Source of the DNA: Shigella phage JK32
Sequence record: MK962753.1
Length of the DNA: 64,000 nt
Direction: 5' to 3' (one strand)
Position 1 is the stretch's first letter, and every line of letters starts with the position of its first letter. The position numbers were made by a program, and so were the translations under genes. Below are positions 1-10,486 of the stretch, one piece after another. The notes under the pieces are model-generated. The model saw nothing but the letters and a program-made list of their open reading frames with translations. It was not told where the DNA came from and did not search any database.

Positions 1-1409
1 GGAACTCTCTAACACAACAATTTTACAGCACCGACCAGAAGATTAGCAATACTAAACAGCTAATTAACACCTACCGTGGATTAATGAATAACCATGAAGT
101 AGAAAACGCCGTTCAGAATATTGTTAATGATGCGATTGTATTCGAGGAAGGGCACGATGTTGTATCTCTGAATCTGGATTCTACCGGATTTAGTGAATCG
201 GTTAAAGAGCGTATTCACGAAGAATTTAAAGATCTCTTAAACACTATCCAGTTTGATAAACGCGGTCAGGATATGTTCCGGCGCTGGTATGTTGATTCCC
301 GCATTTTCTTCCATAAAATCATCGGAAAGAATCCGAAAGATGGAATTGTGGAATTACGACAACTCGATCCGCGTAATCTGGAATATGTTCGCGAGATTAT
401 CACAGAAGATACACCGGAAGGTAAAATTTATAAAGCAACGAAAGAATATTTCATTTACAAGGTAGGAAGTGGTTCTTATTGCGCGGGTGGTCAAGTATTC
501 TCTCCGAATAGTCGCGTTAAAATCCCACGTAGCGCCATCACATATGCGCATAGCGGCTTGATGGATTGCGACGATAAATATATCATTGGTTATTTGCATC
601 GGGCGGTTAAACCTGCTAACCAGCTTAAATTGCTGGAAGATGCTATGGTCGTTTTCCGTATTACCCGCGCACCTGAACGTAGGGTATTTTTTATCGATAC
701 CGGAAACATGAACAACCGCAAGGCTGCGCAGCACATGAACTCAGTGGCACAGTCTTTTAAAAACCGCGTTGTTTATGATGCGTCTACGGGTAAATTGAAG
801 AATCAGCAAGCCAATATTTCTATGACCGAGGATTATTGGTTACAGCGTCGTGATGGTAAGGCTATTACCGATGTAACTACATTACCAGGCGCATCCGGTA
901 TGAGTGATATCGATGATGTTCGCTACTTTAATCGCAAACTTTATGAAGCATTGCGCGTGCCATTGTCACGTAGTAATCTCTCAGAAGCAAATATGGTTAT
1001 TGGCGGTGACGGTAATGAAATTACCCGCGATGAGCTAGAATTTTCTAAATTCATTCGTACTCTACAGACTCAATTTTCGGAAGTCCTGCGCGATCCTCTT
1101 AAATACAATCTGATTCTCAAAAATGTTATAACAGAAGACGATTGGGATCGTGAAATAAATAATATCAAGGTTGTTTTCCATCGGGACTCTTATTATACAG
1201 AAGTTAAAGACGCGGAAATTTTAGAACGTCGAATCAACCTGATCGAGCGTATCGCCCCTTACATTGGTAAGTATTTCTCTAACCAGACAGTAATGCGCGA
1301 TATTCTGAAATATACCGATGACCAGATGGACACCGAGAAGAAACAGATCGAAGAAGAAGCGAACGATCCGCGCTTTAAACAAACTCCCGATGAAATAGAG
1401 GATTTTTAA
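1..1409 (+). CDS. 20: Portal vertex protein gp20 (5'-truncated at window edge)
   Basis: Reading frame of ORF 84..1409 is open back to the window start; resembles T4 gp20 C-terminal region; followed by 67-68-21-22-23 in T4 order. Confidence 0.9.
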   Translation, partial: NSLTQQFYSTDQKISNTKQLINTYRGLMNNHEVENAVQNIVNDAIVFEEGHDVVSLNLDSTGFSESVKERIHEEFKDLLNTIQFDKRGQDMFRRWYVDSRIFFHKIIGKNPKDGIVELRQLDPRNLEYVREIITEDTPEGKIYKATKEYFIYKVGSGSYCAGGQVFSPNSRVKIPRSAITYAHSGLMDCDDKYIIGYLHRAVKPANQLKLLEDAMVVFRITRAPERRVFFIDTGNMNNRKAAQHMNSVAQSFKNRVVYDASTGKLKNQQANISMTEDYWLQRRDGKAITDVTTLPGASGMSDIDDVRYFNRKLYEALRVPLSRSNLSEANMVIGGDGNEITRDELEFSKFIRTLQTQFSEVLRDPLKYNLILKNVITEDDWDREINNIKVVFHRDSYYTEVKDAEILERRINLIERIAPYIGKYFSNQTVMRDILKYTDDQMDTEKKQIEEEANDPRFKQTPDEIEDF

Positions 1410-1628
1410 ATGGAAAAATTTATCGAAGCAATTAAAACCCGCGATCTAACGCTGATCGAAAAAGAATTTGATAAGATCATGGAGGCTAAAAAAGCCCAGA
1501 TCATCGAATCCCAGCGTGTAGAAATCGCTTCCAGCGTCATGATCGAAGGTGAAGAAGAAAAAGATCATGACGATGATGAAGCCGAGGAAGAAGATCACGA
1601 AGACGACGAAAAAGACGAAGAAGAATAA
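1410..1628 (+). CDS. 67: Prohead core protein gp67
   Basis: 72 aa with highly acidic C-terminus (D/E-rich), position directly after portal gene as in T4. Confidence 0.8.
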   Translation: MEKFIEAIKTRDLTLIEKEFDKIMEAKKAQIIESQRVEIASSVMIEGEEEKDHDDDEAEEEDHEDDEKDEEE

Positions 1629-1640
1629 CAGGAAGCCAAC

Positions 1641-2048
1641 ATGATTAAAGATTTTACTCCTAAAGCCGAATTAGAAACATTTCTACCGGAAGCACGGGAA
1701 AAGCTCGACATGTTGGCTATGTTTGAGTCAGAAGAACTGTTGAAAATCGTTGAGGGTATTTCCGCAGATGAGCCAGAATTAGCGGTTGCAATGCTGTCTA
1801 TTATCGACGGAATTACTGTAAACGAGGCAATGGTAAAACATGTTAATGCCCGTGGTGAAGTCGCCCGTAAAAAAGACCGTAAAACCCGCGAGCGTAATGC
1901 ATACATGACTACTGGCTTAAGCAAGGCTAAACGCCGTCAGATTGCCCGTCGCGCGGCTAAAACAAAACGCGCTAATCCATCTATCGAACGTCACGCAGAA
2001 CGCAAGCGCAAAAAAGCAATGCGTAAGCGTAAGGCGCTAGGATTATAA
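1641..2048 (+). CDS. 68: Prohead core protein gp68
   Basis: 135 aa, basic C-terminal tail, syntenic position between 67 and 21. Confidence 0.75.
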   Translation: MIKDFTPKAELETFLPEAREKLDMLAMFESEELLKIVEGISADEPELAVAMLSIIDGITVNEAMVKHVNARGEVARKKDRKTRERNAYMTTGLSKAKRRQIARRAAKTKRANPSIERHAERKRKKAMRKRKALGL

Positions 2049-2059
2049 CAGGAAACAAC

Positions 2060-2755
2060 ATGGAAAAGAACGAATTACTGATCGAACAATGGGGCGCTCC
2101 TTGTGCTCGCGGTAGTTCGTCATTGCTTGAATCATTTGATGATAAGGCTACAGGAAATCTCTATATTCAAGGGATTTTCCTACAAGCCGAAACAGTAAAC
2201 CGTAATAAACGCTGGTATCCACGCGCGGTACTGGAAAAAGCGGTTACTAAATACATTCATGAACAAGTTGAGACACATCAAGCTCTGGGCGAACTGAATC
2301 ATCCAGCAAGGGCAACACCAGATCCATCTAATGCTTGCATCATAATTGAAAAATTGTGGTGGGAAGGTAATAACGTTATGGGTAAAGCTCGCGTTATTGA
2401 AGGTGATAAAGGGGTCGGTGATAAACTCGCTGCATTGATTCGCGCTGGCTGGATTCCTGGCGTTTCCTCCCGTGGATTGGGTCGTTTGAAAGATTCTGGA
2501 CGCGGTTACAATATTGTACAGGAAGGTTTTGTGTTAACGGTTGGTGTCGATGTTGTTTGGGGTCCAAGTGCTCCTGATGCGTGGGTCAAACCAGTGGTTG
2601 AATCAGAAGATATTGATTCTAGCGTCTCAGACGCACCAGAAATCGATAAATTCGAAAAAACGATTAACCCTACACCCTCACAAGAAAACATCGTAGAATC
2701 GAATAATAACGCGTTTATGGCGTTGGCAGAGGCGCTATCTAAACGATATAAATAA
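2060..2755 (+). CDS. 21: Prohead core scaffold protease gp21
   Basis: Resembles T4 gp21 (LIEQWG..., GELNHPA... region), synteny. Confidence 0.88.
   Translation: MEKNELLIEQWGAPCARGSSSLLESFDDKATGNLYIQGIFLQAETVNRNKRWYPRAVLEKAVTKYIHEQVETHQALGELNHPARATPDPSNACIIIEKLWWEGNNVMGKARVIEGDKGVGDKLAALIRAGWIPGVSSRGLGRLKDSGRGYNIVQEGFVLTVGVDVVWGPSAPDAWVKPVVESEDIDSSVSDAPEIDKFEKTINPTPSQENIVESNNNAFMALAEALSKRYK
2747..2754 (+). promoter_or_regulatory. T4-type late promoter (TATAAATA) for gene 22
   Basis: Exact TATAAATA about 30 nt upstream of gene 22 start, overlapping the end of gene 21. Confidence 0.6.
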
Positions 2756-2785
2756 TATTACGTTATCAACAAGAAGGTTATAACC

Positions 2786-3580
2786 ATGCTTAAAGAAATG
2801 CTGCTCGAAGAAGCAAAACAGATCACCGTCGATGTTGCTCTCGATGATCTGTTTGAATCCGTCGAACTGTCGCCGGAAGTAAAAGAAAACTTTGGTACTA
2901 TCTACGCTCAAGCGGTAAAAGCTAATGCAGTTGCACTGGCAGAAAGCCACATTGAAAAAATTGCCGCTAAAGCCGATGAACTGGTAGAATCAAAGGTAGA
3001 AGAAGCTCGCACCGAAATCGAAGCTAAACTCTACGAAGATGCAGATAAATTCCTGAATCATCTGGGCGCTAAATGGCTGGCTGAAAATAAAGAAGCTGTT
3101 ACCCGTAATATTAAAGCGGATCTGTGCGAATCCCTGATTGGTTCCCTGAAAGATGTTTTCGTTACTCACAATGTTGTAGTACCGGAAGAATCTGTAGACG
3201 TTGTTGCGGAACTGGACGAAGCACTGAAAGAAGAAAAAGAGAAAACCGCTGAACTCTTTGACGCTAAACTGACTCTGGAAAGCGAAATTCGCGGCATGAA
3301 GCGTGAGCAAGCTATTACTGAAAGCACTCGTGATCTGTCCGATACCCAGAAAGAAAAAGTTACCGCGCTGATCGAAGGTCTGGAATATAGCGAAACCTTT
3401 GATAAGAAATTGACTGCAATTGTTGAGATGGTTGCCAAGAAAGAAGAAAAACCAACTCACATTGAAGAATCACTAAATACTGATGCCGACAAGCTGAATG
3501 TTATTGTTGAAGCTGTCGAAGAATCAGAGAAAAAAGCAACTGTAGATACTGGCGTTTCTCGCTACCTGAATTATCTCTAA
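2786..3580 (+). CDS. 22: Prohead core scaffold protein gp22
   Basis: 264 aa highly acidic, alpha-helical (E/K/A-rich) protein between 21 and 23. Confidence 0.85.
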   Translation: MLKEMLLEEAKQITVDVALDDLFESVELSPEVKENFGTIYAQAVKANAVALAESHIEKIAAKADELVESKVEEARTEIEAKLYEDADKFLNHLGAKWLAENKEAVTRNIKADLCESLIGSLKDVFVTHNVVVPEESVDVVAELDEALKEEKEKTAELFDAKLTLESEIRGMKREQAITESTRDLSDTQKEKVTALIEGLEYSETFDKKLTAIVEMVAKKEEKPTHIEESLNTDADKLNVIVEAVEESEKKATVDTGVSRYLNYL

Positions 3581-3597
3581 TATAATTCGATCTACTT

Positions 3598-3605
3598 TAT
3601 AAATA
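3598..3605 (+). promoter_or_regulatory. T4-type late promoter (TATAAATA) for gene 23
   Basis: Exact TATAAATA about 32 nt upstream of the gene 23 ATG. Confidence 0.7.
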
Positions 3606-3637
3606 CTTTAGGTTAACAACAAACAAGGTTTAAAAAC

Positions 3638-5224
3638 ATGAAAACTACCAAAGAACTGATGGAAAAATGGTCTCCGCTGCTGGAAAACGAAAAACTGCCG
3701 GAGATTGCAACCGCATCTAAACAGAAACTGGTTGCTAAAATTCTGGAATCTCAGGAAGCAGATTTTGCAGTAGATCCGATTTATAAAGATGAGAAAGTAG
3801 TAGAAGCGTTTGGTGGCTTTATCACCGAAGCAGAAGTTGCTGGCGACCACGGTTACGATGCTTCCAAAATTGCCGCAGGTCAGACTACTGGCGCAATCAC
3901 CAACGTAGGTCCGGCTGTTATCGGTATGGTTCGTCGTGCTATCCCTAACCTGATCGCATTTGACATTTGCGGCGTTCAGCCGATGAGCACCCCGACTAGC
4001 CAGATCTTTGCAATCCGTTCCGTATATGGTGGCGATCCGCTGAAAGAGGGTGCTAAAGAAGCATTCCATCCGATGTATTCCCCGGATGCGTTCCATAGCT
4101 CTCTAGCTGCTAAAGATGCAACCGCTGCTAACCCGGTAGGTACTGCATTCGCTAAACTGACTATGAATACTGCAATCAATGGAGGTGATATTGTTCATCA
4201 CACCTTTGCAGAAACTGGTATTGCATATCTGCAAAACGTAAGCAGTCAGGCTGTTACCCCGTCTAAACAGGGTCAGGAATCCGACGATGAAGCAGTAATG
4301 AAACTGATCGAAGAAGGCAAACTGGCTGAAATCGCACACGGTATGGCTACTTCCATCGCGGAACTGCAAGAAGGCTTTAACGGTTCCCAGAATAACCCGT
4401 GGAACGAAATGTCAATGCGTATTGACAAACAGGTTGTTGAAGCGAAATCTCGTCAACTGAAAGCCCGTTATTCTATCGAAGTTGCTCAGGATCTGCGTGC
4501 TGTACACGGTATGGACGCTGACGCCGAATTGAATGCTATCCTGGCTAACGAAGTTCTGCTGGAAATCAACCGTGAAATCGTTGACGTAATCAACTTTACC
4601 GCTCAGGTTGGTAAGACTGGCATGACTCAGACCGTTGGTTCTAAAGCTGGTGTATTCGATCTGCAAGATCCGATTGATACCCGTGGTGCTCGTTGGGCTG
4701 GTGAATCCTTCAAATCTCTGATCTACCAGATTGACAAAGAAGCTGCTGAAATCGCTCGTCAGACTGGTCGCGGTGCTGGTAACTTCATTATCGCTTCCCG
4801 TAACGTTGTAAACATTCTGGCTTCTGCTGATCAGGGTATTAGCGTAGCAATGCAGGGCGCTGCTCGTGGTCTGAATACCGACACCACTAAAGCTGTTTTC
4901 GCTGGTGTTCTGGCTGGTAAGTATAAAGTATTCATCGACCAGTATGCTCGTCAGGACTACTTCACCGTAGGTTACAAAGGCGACAACGAAATGGATGCTG
5001 GTATCTACTACGCACCGTATGTTGCTCTGACTCCGCTGCGTGCAACTGATCCGCAGTCTTTCCACCCGGTTCTGGGCTTCAAGACTCGTTACGGTATCGG
5101 TATTAACCCGTTTGCTGATAGCAAGTCTCAGTATCCGAGTGCTCGTATCACTTCCGGTATGTTGAGCAAAGAAAGCGTAGGTAAAAACGCTTACTTCCGC
5201 CGCGTATGGGTGAAAGGTTGCTAA
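3638..5224 (+). CDS. 23: Major capsid protein gp23
   Basis: 528 aa; long stretches match recalled T4 gp23 (e.g. GPAVIGMVRRAIPNLIAFDICGVQPM, SIAELQEGFNGS, NAYFRRVWVKG). Confidence 0.97.
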   Translation: MKTTKELMEKWSPLLENEKLPEIATASKQKLVAKILESQEADFAVDPIYKDEKVVEAFGGFITEAEVAGDHGYDASKIAAGQTTGAITNVGPAVIGMVRRAIPNLIAFDICGVQPMSTPTSQIFAIRSVYGGDPLKEGAKEAFHPMYSPDAFHSSLAAKDATAANPVGTAFAKLTMNTAINGGDIVHHTFAETGIAYLQNVSSQAVTPSKQGQESDDEAVMKLIEEGKLAEIAHGMATSIAELQEGFNGSQNNPWNEMSMRIDKQVVEAKSRQLKARYSIEVAQDLRAVHGMDADAELNAILANEVLLEINREIVDVINFTAQVGKTGMTQTVGSKAGVFDLQDPIDTRGARWAGESFKSLIYQIDKEAAEIARQTGRGAGNFIIASRNVVNILASADQGISVAMQGAARGLNTDTTKAVFAGVLAGKYKVFIDQYARQDYFTVGYKGDNEMDAGIYYAPYVALTPLRATDPQSFHPVLGFKTRYGIGINPFADSKSQYPSARITSGMLSKESVGKNAYFRRVWVKGC

Positions 5225-5242
5225 TCCACTTTAATTAATCCG

Positions 5243-5262
5243 GTCGGGTGCAATGCCCGACT
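5243..5262 (+). terminator. Hairpin downstream of gene 23 (first of two)
   Basis: GTCGGG..CCCGAC inverted repeat followed by TT. Confidence 0.4.
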
Positions 5263-5305
5263 TATATGTAAACTTGATAGTGTAGTTACTAAAAGTTTTC
5301 TTTAA

Positions 5306-5336
5306 GGGAGATCCGAAAGGGTCTCCCTTTTCTTTT
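5306..5336 (+). terminator. Rho-independent terminator after gene 23
   Basis: 9-bp GC-rich stem (GGGAGATCC/GGGTCTCCC) with GAAA tetraloop followed by TTTTCTTTT. Confidence 0.75.
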
Positions 5337-5351
5337 GTCTAAAAAACACAT

Positions 5352-5359
5352 TATAAATA
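5352..5359 (+). promoter_or_regulatory. T4-type late promoter (TATAAATA) for the accessory module 5397-10265
   Basis: Exact TATAAATA about 38 nt upstream of ATG 5397; RBS AAGGGGAG precedes the ATG. Confidence 0.6.
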
Positions 5360-5396
5360 AGATTGCAAGCCTATATTCTAAGGGGAGCGAAAATAG

Positions 5397-5705
5397 ATGC
5401 ACACACTTATAAAGACCAAAACTCCCGCCGTGTCTGCACCAATTAGCTGCATTCATAGTACCCATATGACGGTACAAATGACAGTTGAAAGTGCTGTACA
5501 AGGGCAAAAAGTTGTCGCAGAGGCTGTTTTAGAAGGTTCTCTCGATGGCAAAGGTTGGTTCACTATTTCAGAATTGAAAGCTGATGGTAATGAATATGCA
5601 ACTGATGGTGGAGCGTTTGAAACATTATGGTCATTTATTCGGGCTAAGGTAAAATCATTATCCAATGGTTCTACCGTAAATGTGTATCTTGCGAAACGGG
5701 GGTAA
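5397..5705 (+). CDS. Hypothetical small late protein (first gene of module between 23 and 24)
   Basis: ORF with good RBS (AAGGGGAG) after a late promoter; no recognisable homologue. Confidence 0.5.
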   Translation: MHTLIKTKTPAVSAPISCIHSTHMTVQMTVESAVQGQKVVAEAVLEGSLDGKGWFTISELKADGNEYATDGGAFETLWSFIRAKVKSLSNGSTVNVYLAKRG

Positions 5706-5708
5706 TGC

Positions 5709-7427
5709 ATGAAGCTAAATCCAGATGCGGTTATTAATGCTGGTTCTGTTGGCGGTGGTACTGGTTCCGGCGGTGGTGGTATTCAGGTCGGAACTAATGT
5801 ACCATGCGGAATTAAAAATACTCATCGTTTCGAAAATGAAGCTGAACGAGACGCATATTTTACCACTAAATTTGCGGAATTGGATCGCCTAAAAACAATT
5901 ATTGTTTGCGGTGGTAAACTTCAATTGTGGACAGGTGCGACTGCCGCATCACCTTATGATAATACCAAATGGGTCGATATGACCTGGGTAATTCAAGGAG
6001 AACAGGGTACTACTGGTGAAAAAGGCGAGAATGGACGAGGTATTGCCAGAATTGAAGCGCAAATCTCTGATGATGATCGCGAATGGAAACTAGAAATTAC
6101 CTACTCAGATTCTACCACAGAAACATTAACTTTCCCTGTACCTGATGTGTTAGCTAATGTTGCGCAACGTCTTACTGCATTAGAGGTAAGATGGACAGCA
6201 ACTGGTCAGCCAGTTAATAACCTTGATGCGACTGTAGATCAGGGTCGTTATCCGGTTGGAGATAACACATACGGTAAGCCACCAATGATGGCAAATAAGG
6301 GGTCTGCTGATGTATATGTCATTGAGGGTAGCATTATTCAAGTGGTTCGTTCTATTGACGGTGGCGTGTACTCTCGTATCCGACACAACGGTCATTGGAG
6401 CGAGTGGGTCTCGCAAAGTGGCGGTGGAAATGGTAGCGGTGGAGGCTTGACGGGTGATCAAGAAGCTATGTTAACTAGCTTAGTTAATCGTCTACCGGAA
6501 ATTTCACCAAATACACGCGATCTTAACACTCTACAGAAGCAAGGTCGTTTCTGTTATGATGAACGTACTACAAACCGCCCTAATGGTACTCAGGTACACG
6601 GGTCGGTAGATGTTCATGCTTGCAAAGATCATGTATTACAAATCGCAACCAGTCTCGATGGTGTCATGTCACATCGCGCACTGGACAAAGCAAACGGTAC
6701 ATGGTCTGAATGGTTGCAGATAAGCGATCATACTGGTGGGGCTACGATTTACGCGTTTCCTAGAGTTTCTAGTGTATTCACCACTTCGCAAAACTTGATT
6801 GAAGTCACAAAACCGGGCGCTGGATTCTTTTATATTCCGTGGAAATATGTTATTCATGATAACTATGGATGCACTCCACAGATCCAACACCCAGACCGTC
6901 AACAAGATGCGGATCATTGGTGGGTATGCCCGAAATCCGGTAGCTATGACATGGAATTATTGCTTGATATGAGTTTTATCAAGACACAAGCAACTATTCC
7001 GGTTCTTGCTGCTGTAACGGCATGGCACAGGAAAGCAGACGGAAGCGAGACAGAAGCCGCACGTTATCAAATCCCGTTTGATGTTACCCAGAAAAACCAG
7101 AAAACAAGATCCGCTAAACTCCGCATTAATAATTTGCCATCCGGCGAGATGATCCGCTGGCAGGTAAAACTCAGTGGTTATAGCTGGAGCGAAACTGATA
7201 ACCCAGACGTAGCATTTGCACCCTTCCGCACTATGCTGATGGTCGATGAAGCAGAATACGACACAGCAAAACGAATTGGTGCTCTTGCGTTCAATACATG
7301 GGCTAACTTCCATGCGAAAAAAGGTTTTGCTGCCGCTGTAAGTGAGGACGAAAATCAGAAAGCACGTCTTAACGCCGTTAAATGGGGTGCTGTCATTGAA
7401 TCCGTCCAAGCTCAGTCACAACCATAA
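5709..7427 (+). CDS. Hypothetical structural protein with Gly-rich and collagen-like (G-X-Y) segments
   Basis: 572 aa; starts 4 nt after previous stop; N-terminal GSVGGGTGSGGGG, five consecutive G-X-Y triplets (GEQGTTGEKGENGRG), second Gly-run GGGNGSGGG. Confidence 0.6.
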   Translation: MKLNPDAVINAGSVGGGTGSGGGGIQVGTNVPCGIKNTHRFENEAERDAYFTTKFAELDRLKTIIVCGGKLQLWTGATAASPYDNTKWVDMTWVIQGEQGTTGEKGENGRGIARIEAQISDDDREWKLEITYSDSTTETLTFPVPDVLANVAQRLTALEVRWTATGQPVNNLDATVDQGRYPVGDNTYGKPPMMANKGSADVYVIEGSIIQVVRSIDGGVYSRIRHNGHWSEWVSQSGGGNGSGGGLTGDQEAMLTSLVNRLPEISPNTRDLNTLQKQGRFCYDERTTNRPNGTQVHGSVDVHACKDHVLQIATSLDGVMSHRALDKANGTWSEWLQISDHTGGATIYAFPRVSSVFTTSQNLIEVTKPGAGFFYIPWKYVIHDNYGCTPQIQHPDRQQDADHWWVCPKSGSYDMELLLDMSFIKTQATIPVLAAVTAWHRKADGSETEAARYQIPFDVTQKNQKTRSAKLRINNLPSGEMIRWQVKLSGYSWSETDNPDVAFAPFRTMLMVDEAEYDTAKRIGALAFNTWANFHAKKGFAAAVSEDENQKARLNAVKWGAVIESVQAQSQP

Positions 7428-7439
7428 TGGGGGTGTATA

Positions 7440-8363
7440 GTGGAACATACAGGAAAAAGGTTGCTAGATCTTAGAAATGGTTTTAATCAGGGTGAAATCA
7501 CAGAAATCACTGGTATGCCAGCTAGTGCTCTCATGGAGGCAGACGTAGGCCGCATATCTAATCAAATCAACACCGAACTAATTGATCCGGTGATTGATTT
7601 TATTATTGCTTGCGATGAAGTTATCGCAAATGCAGCCGAGGATGCTTTAAACAAAGCCGAGAGCGCCGAGAGTATGGCAGAAGTCGCAGACCGAACGGCA
7701 GGTCAATCTATGAGCAAGGCAACCGATGCTCTAGACAAAGCGACGACCGCAGAATCGGAAGCAGGGCGAGCGCATGATCGCTTAGACAAGTTGAACATTC
7801 CACAAATCCCGAACTTAGACGGGCACACATGGAATTGGCTACCACGTTCTTTCGATAGCGTGTCTATTCAGTTGGGAAGCGGTATCACATTAGTTGATCC
7901 AGTGAACGGCAAGCCTCACATTACATGGACACCAATTAGACAGAACTACGAGACAGGAAGATATTACATCGAGGGTCGTTTTGAAGCCAGATTTAAAGTA
8001 ATGTTAATGGACTGGATTCAACAATCATCCGGTGGTCATATTTTCTATCTAGGTGGTGGTCAAAGTCTGGCATCATTTAACGGACGCGTGTCACTGGTGA
8101 ATATCTCGAATGATATAATGAAGCCGACTAATATACAAGTCAACGCATACACTGCCAAAGATACTCAGGTTATTTTCGGTGCGTGTGCTGATGCGGCAAT
8201 TTCAACATCAAGGGAAGTTAAACTAGCTTTCATGGTTGATACTGGAACAGATAAATTTGACCGATATAATGATCCTGTATATGTTGATTTGGTAATGACA
8301 TTCCAACGCGACGGGGAAGGAAATTTCGGATTCGGAAATCTTTTCCCAAGCCTAAATCCTTGA
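7440..8363 (+). CDS. Hypothetical fibre-like protein sharing an N-terminal domain with the next gene (GTG start)
   Basis: 307 aa; GTG start with GGGGG RBS; N-terminal ~50 aa (ALME.D...IS..IN..LI.PVIDFI..CD) conserved with ORF 8421..10265. Confidence 0.55.
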   Translation: MEHTGKRLLDLRNGFNQGEITEITGMPASALMEADVGRISNQINTELIDPVIDFIIACDEVIANAAEDALNKAESAESMAEVADRTAGQSMSKATDALDKATTAESEAGRAHDRLDKLNIPQIPNLDGHTWNWLPRSFDSVSIQLGSGITLVDPVNGKPHITWTPIRQNYETGRYYIEGRFEARFKVMLMDWIQQSSGGHIFYLGGGQSLASFNGRVSLVNISNDIMKPTNIQVNAYTAKDTQVIFGACADAAISTSREVKLAFMVDTGTDKFDRYNDPVYVDLVMTFQRDGEGNFGFGNLFPSLNP

Positions 8364-8370
8364 TCCTATT

Positions 8371-8400
8371 GTCGGGGAGAAATCCCCGACAACGTTTTCT
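8371..8400 (+). terminator. Rho-independent terminator
   Basis: 8-bp stem GTCGGGGA/TCCCCGAC with GAAA loop then ..CGTTTTCT. Confidence 0.6.
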
Positions 8401-8420
8401 AATATCAACGAGGATATGAT

Positions 8421-10265
8421 ATGTTAAGAAACCGTGCAATCAAGTCAACCCCTAATTTCATTCAAGGGGATATGGGAAATATTACCTCAAGAGATAATCA
8501 TGCATTAATGGAGCATGATATTCCAACAATCTCTGACACAATTAACAGGGATCTAATTACACCAGTAATTGATTTTATCAACGAATGCGATAATATTCTA
8601 CTCGATGGAATCGGGACGGTCGCAGATACTGTTGATATTATCGAACGGAAAGCTGATAATGCAACCGAAATTTCTAATTACGCCAGTGAAAAAGCTATCG
8701 AGGCATTGGCAAAATCAAAAGAAAGTTTGACGAAAGCGGAAGAAGCAAACACGGTAGCAAATAGTGTTGCTGGTGATGCGCAAACAGCATTAACTAAAGC
8801 TAATGAGGCTAAAACGCTAGCAGAAAGTCTTAAAACAAAAGTTGATGGTTATGACACCAGAATCACAGAAATTGATTCTAAGGCAACTACAGCTCAATCT
8901 GACGCGTCTTTAGCAAAAGATAAAGCTGATGCACTGGAAACAACGGTCAATAGCGAGAAAACTAAACTGACAGCATTGACTACTAAGGTCGATACTCTAG
9001 AAGGTGATATTATCGATGCTGTGGATCTGGCTGAACAAGCAAAGAATAAAGCCGATTCAGTAGAAACACAAGCCATTAATAACACCACAGAGATTACCGC
9101 TTTAAAAGGCCGTGTATCAACTGTAGAGACACAATCAGCAGAAGCCAATAGACTGGCTACCCAAGCCGATAAAAATGCGTCTACGGCGCTCTCAGACGTT
9201 TCTACGTTATCTTCAAAGGTTGATGATGTTAAGGCTACAGCCGACGCAGCAAGCGCAAGCGTGGCGGGATTAACTCAGGATATCGGAGAAGTGCGGACAC
9301 TGGCAGAAACAGCCACGACAAACATCACAACTCTTTCCGGTAAAGTTGATACCATAAAGACAACCGCAGATACAAACAAGACCAATATTGAAGCATTAAC
9401 CACTCAGGTTAATGAACACACAACTAAGATCGGAGAGTTGGAAACTGGTGTATCTAACGTTAATGGTGAACTTACCACGGTTCAGGAAACCGCAGCTAAT
9501 GCACTTCAAAAGGCCACCAGCGCAGAAACAAAGGCAGGTAATGTAGAGACACTAATTAATAGTCTTACACCGCGTGTGGACGCGTTAGAAGGCGATTTAG
9601 GTACATTAGAGAGCACTGTTGCTGATTTATCTCCTAAAGTGACAGCAGCAACCGAAAAAGCGACTATGGCATTCAACAAAGCAACTGCCTTAGAGCAAAA
9701 AACGGAATCGATGGAAACAGAAATCGAAGATGTTCGCCTCGATGCTGGGACCGCGATGGCAGAAGCGACACAAGCTAATAGTGAGATCGCCACGTTAAAA
9801 ACTAAAGTCGGTGAACTGGAAAGCGATGTTGACACAGCCGATACAATCGCAAATGAAGCATTAGCAGTTGCACAAAGGGCGGATACTAATGCAAATACAG
9901 CCAATACAAATCTTGCAACGATAACACCAATCGTGGAAAGATTGAATGGTGCATTTGTCGGTATGATTCGAATCAGATACAAGGAAACTCGAACTATAAC
10001 GAAAGCTGGCGGCAACACTCGTCGTAAGTTGATAATCCCACAAGTTCGAAAAGGTGATATGGCATTTGCGGCATTTTTAAACGTACCAGATAAACGAGAT
10101 AGTATTCTGTTTAACTGTATGATTCCTGTCGACGGCGAAGTTCACATGGCAATAAAAAATCTGCATACCGCTGCATTAGATTTTAACGATTGGGTTCAAA
10201 TATTGGTATTCCAGACAAGTACGGGTAATCCTATTGTTGACCCAGAAACAAGCCTAACAAACTAA
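8421..10265 (+). CDS. Coiled-coil fibrous protein (fibritin-like architecture), paralogous N-terminal domain
   Basis: 614 aa; conserved N-terminal domain shared with 7440..8363, then roughly 400 aa of A/T/E/K-rich heptad-like repeats, globular C-terminus. Confidence 0.6.
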   Translation: MLRNRAIKSTPNFIQGDMGNITSRDNHALMEHDIPTISDTINRDLITPVIDFINECDNILLDGIGTVADTVDIIERKADNATEISNYASEKAIEALAKSKESLTKAEEANTVANSVAGDAQTALTKANEAKTLAESLKTKVDGYDTRITEIDSKATTAQSDASLAKDKADALETTVNSEKTKLTALTTKVDTLEGDIIDAVDLAEQAKNKADSVETQAINNTTEITALKGRVSTVETQSAEANRLATQADKNASTALSDVSTLSSKVDDVKATADAASASVAGLTQDIGEVRTLAETATTNITTLSGKVDTIKTTADTNKTNIEALTTQVNEHTTKIGELETGVSNVNGELTTVQETAANALQKATSAETKAGNVETLINSLTPRVDALEGDLGTLESTVADLSPKVTAATEKATMAFNKATALEQKTESMETEIEDVRLDAGTAMAEATQANSEIATLKTKVGELESDVDTADTIANEALAVAQRADTNANTANTNLATITPIVERLNGAFVGMIRIRYKETRTITKAGGNTRRKLIIPQVRKGDMAFAAFLNVPDKRDSILFNCMIPVDGEVHMAIKNLHTAALDFNDWVQILVFQTSTGNPIVDPETSLTN

Positions 10266-10294
10266 TTAATTTCATCAACTATAGGGGAATTAAC

Positions 10295-10447
10295 ATGAGC
10301 AAGAAAAAAGATAGCTATGTTCAAATTACCAAGAAACAGTATGATGAATTAATGTTAGCGGTGGCCTATGCCATAATGCGATCTGATTTGGCGATCCAGC
10401 AAATCGAAAAGACAAATAAAAGTCTTGAGAATGTAGCAGCAAATTAA
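10295..10447 (+). CDS. Small hypothetical protein (50 aa)
   Basis: ATG with upstream GGGGA; below the ORF-track length cutoff; ends just before terminator hairpin. Confidence 0.3.
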   Translation: MSKKKDSYVQITKKQYDELMLAVAYAIMRSDLAIQQIEKTNKSLENVAAN

Positions 10448-10453
10448 TTTTTT

Positions 10454-10486
10454 GGGGAATCCTTAACTGGATTCCCCTTTCTTTTA
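10454..10486 (+). terminator. Rho-independent terminator before the gene 24 late promoter
   Basis: 9-bp stem GGGGAATCC/GGATTCCCC followed by TTTCTTTT. Confidence 0.7.

Noticed and set aside
3608-5065. Minus-strand ORFs inside gene 23 (3608..4096, 3976..4179, 4103..4369, 4412..5065)
   Set aside because: They lie antisense within a highly conserved, clearly coding capsid gene, have low-complexity composition and no RBS; treated as spurious. The same applies to antisense ORFs inside hoc genes, the coiled-coil gene (8894..10043), alt (31446..32900), nrdA (51028..52384), uvsW (19124..20060) and gene 34.
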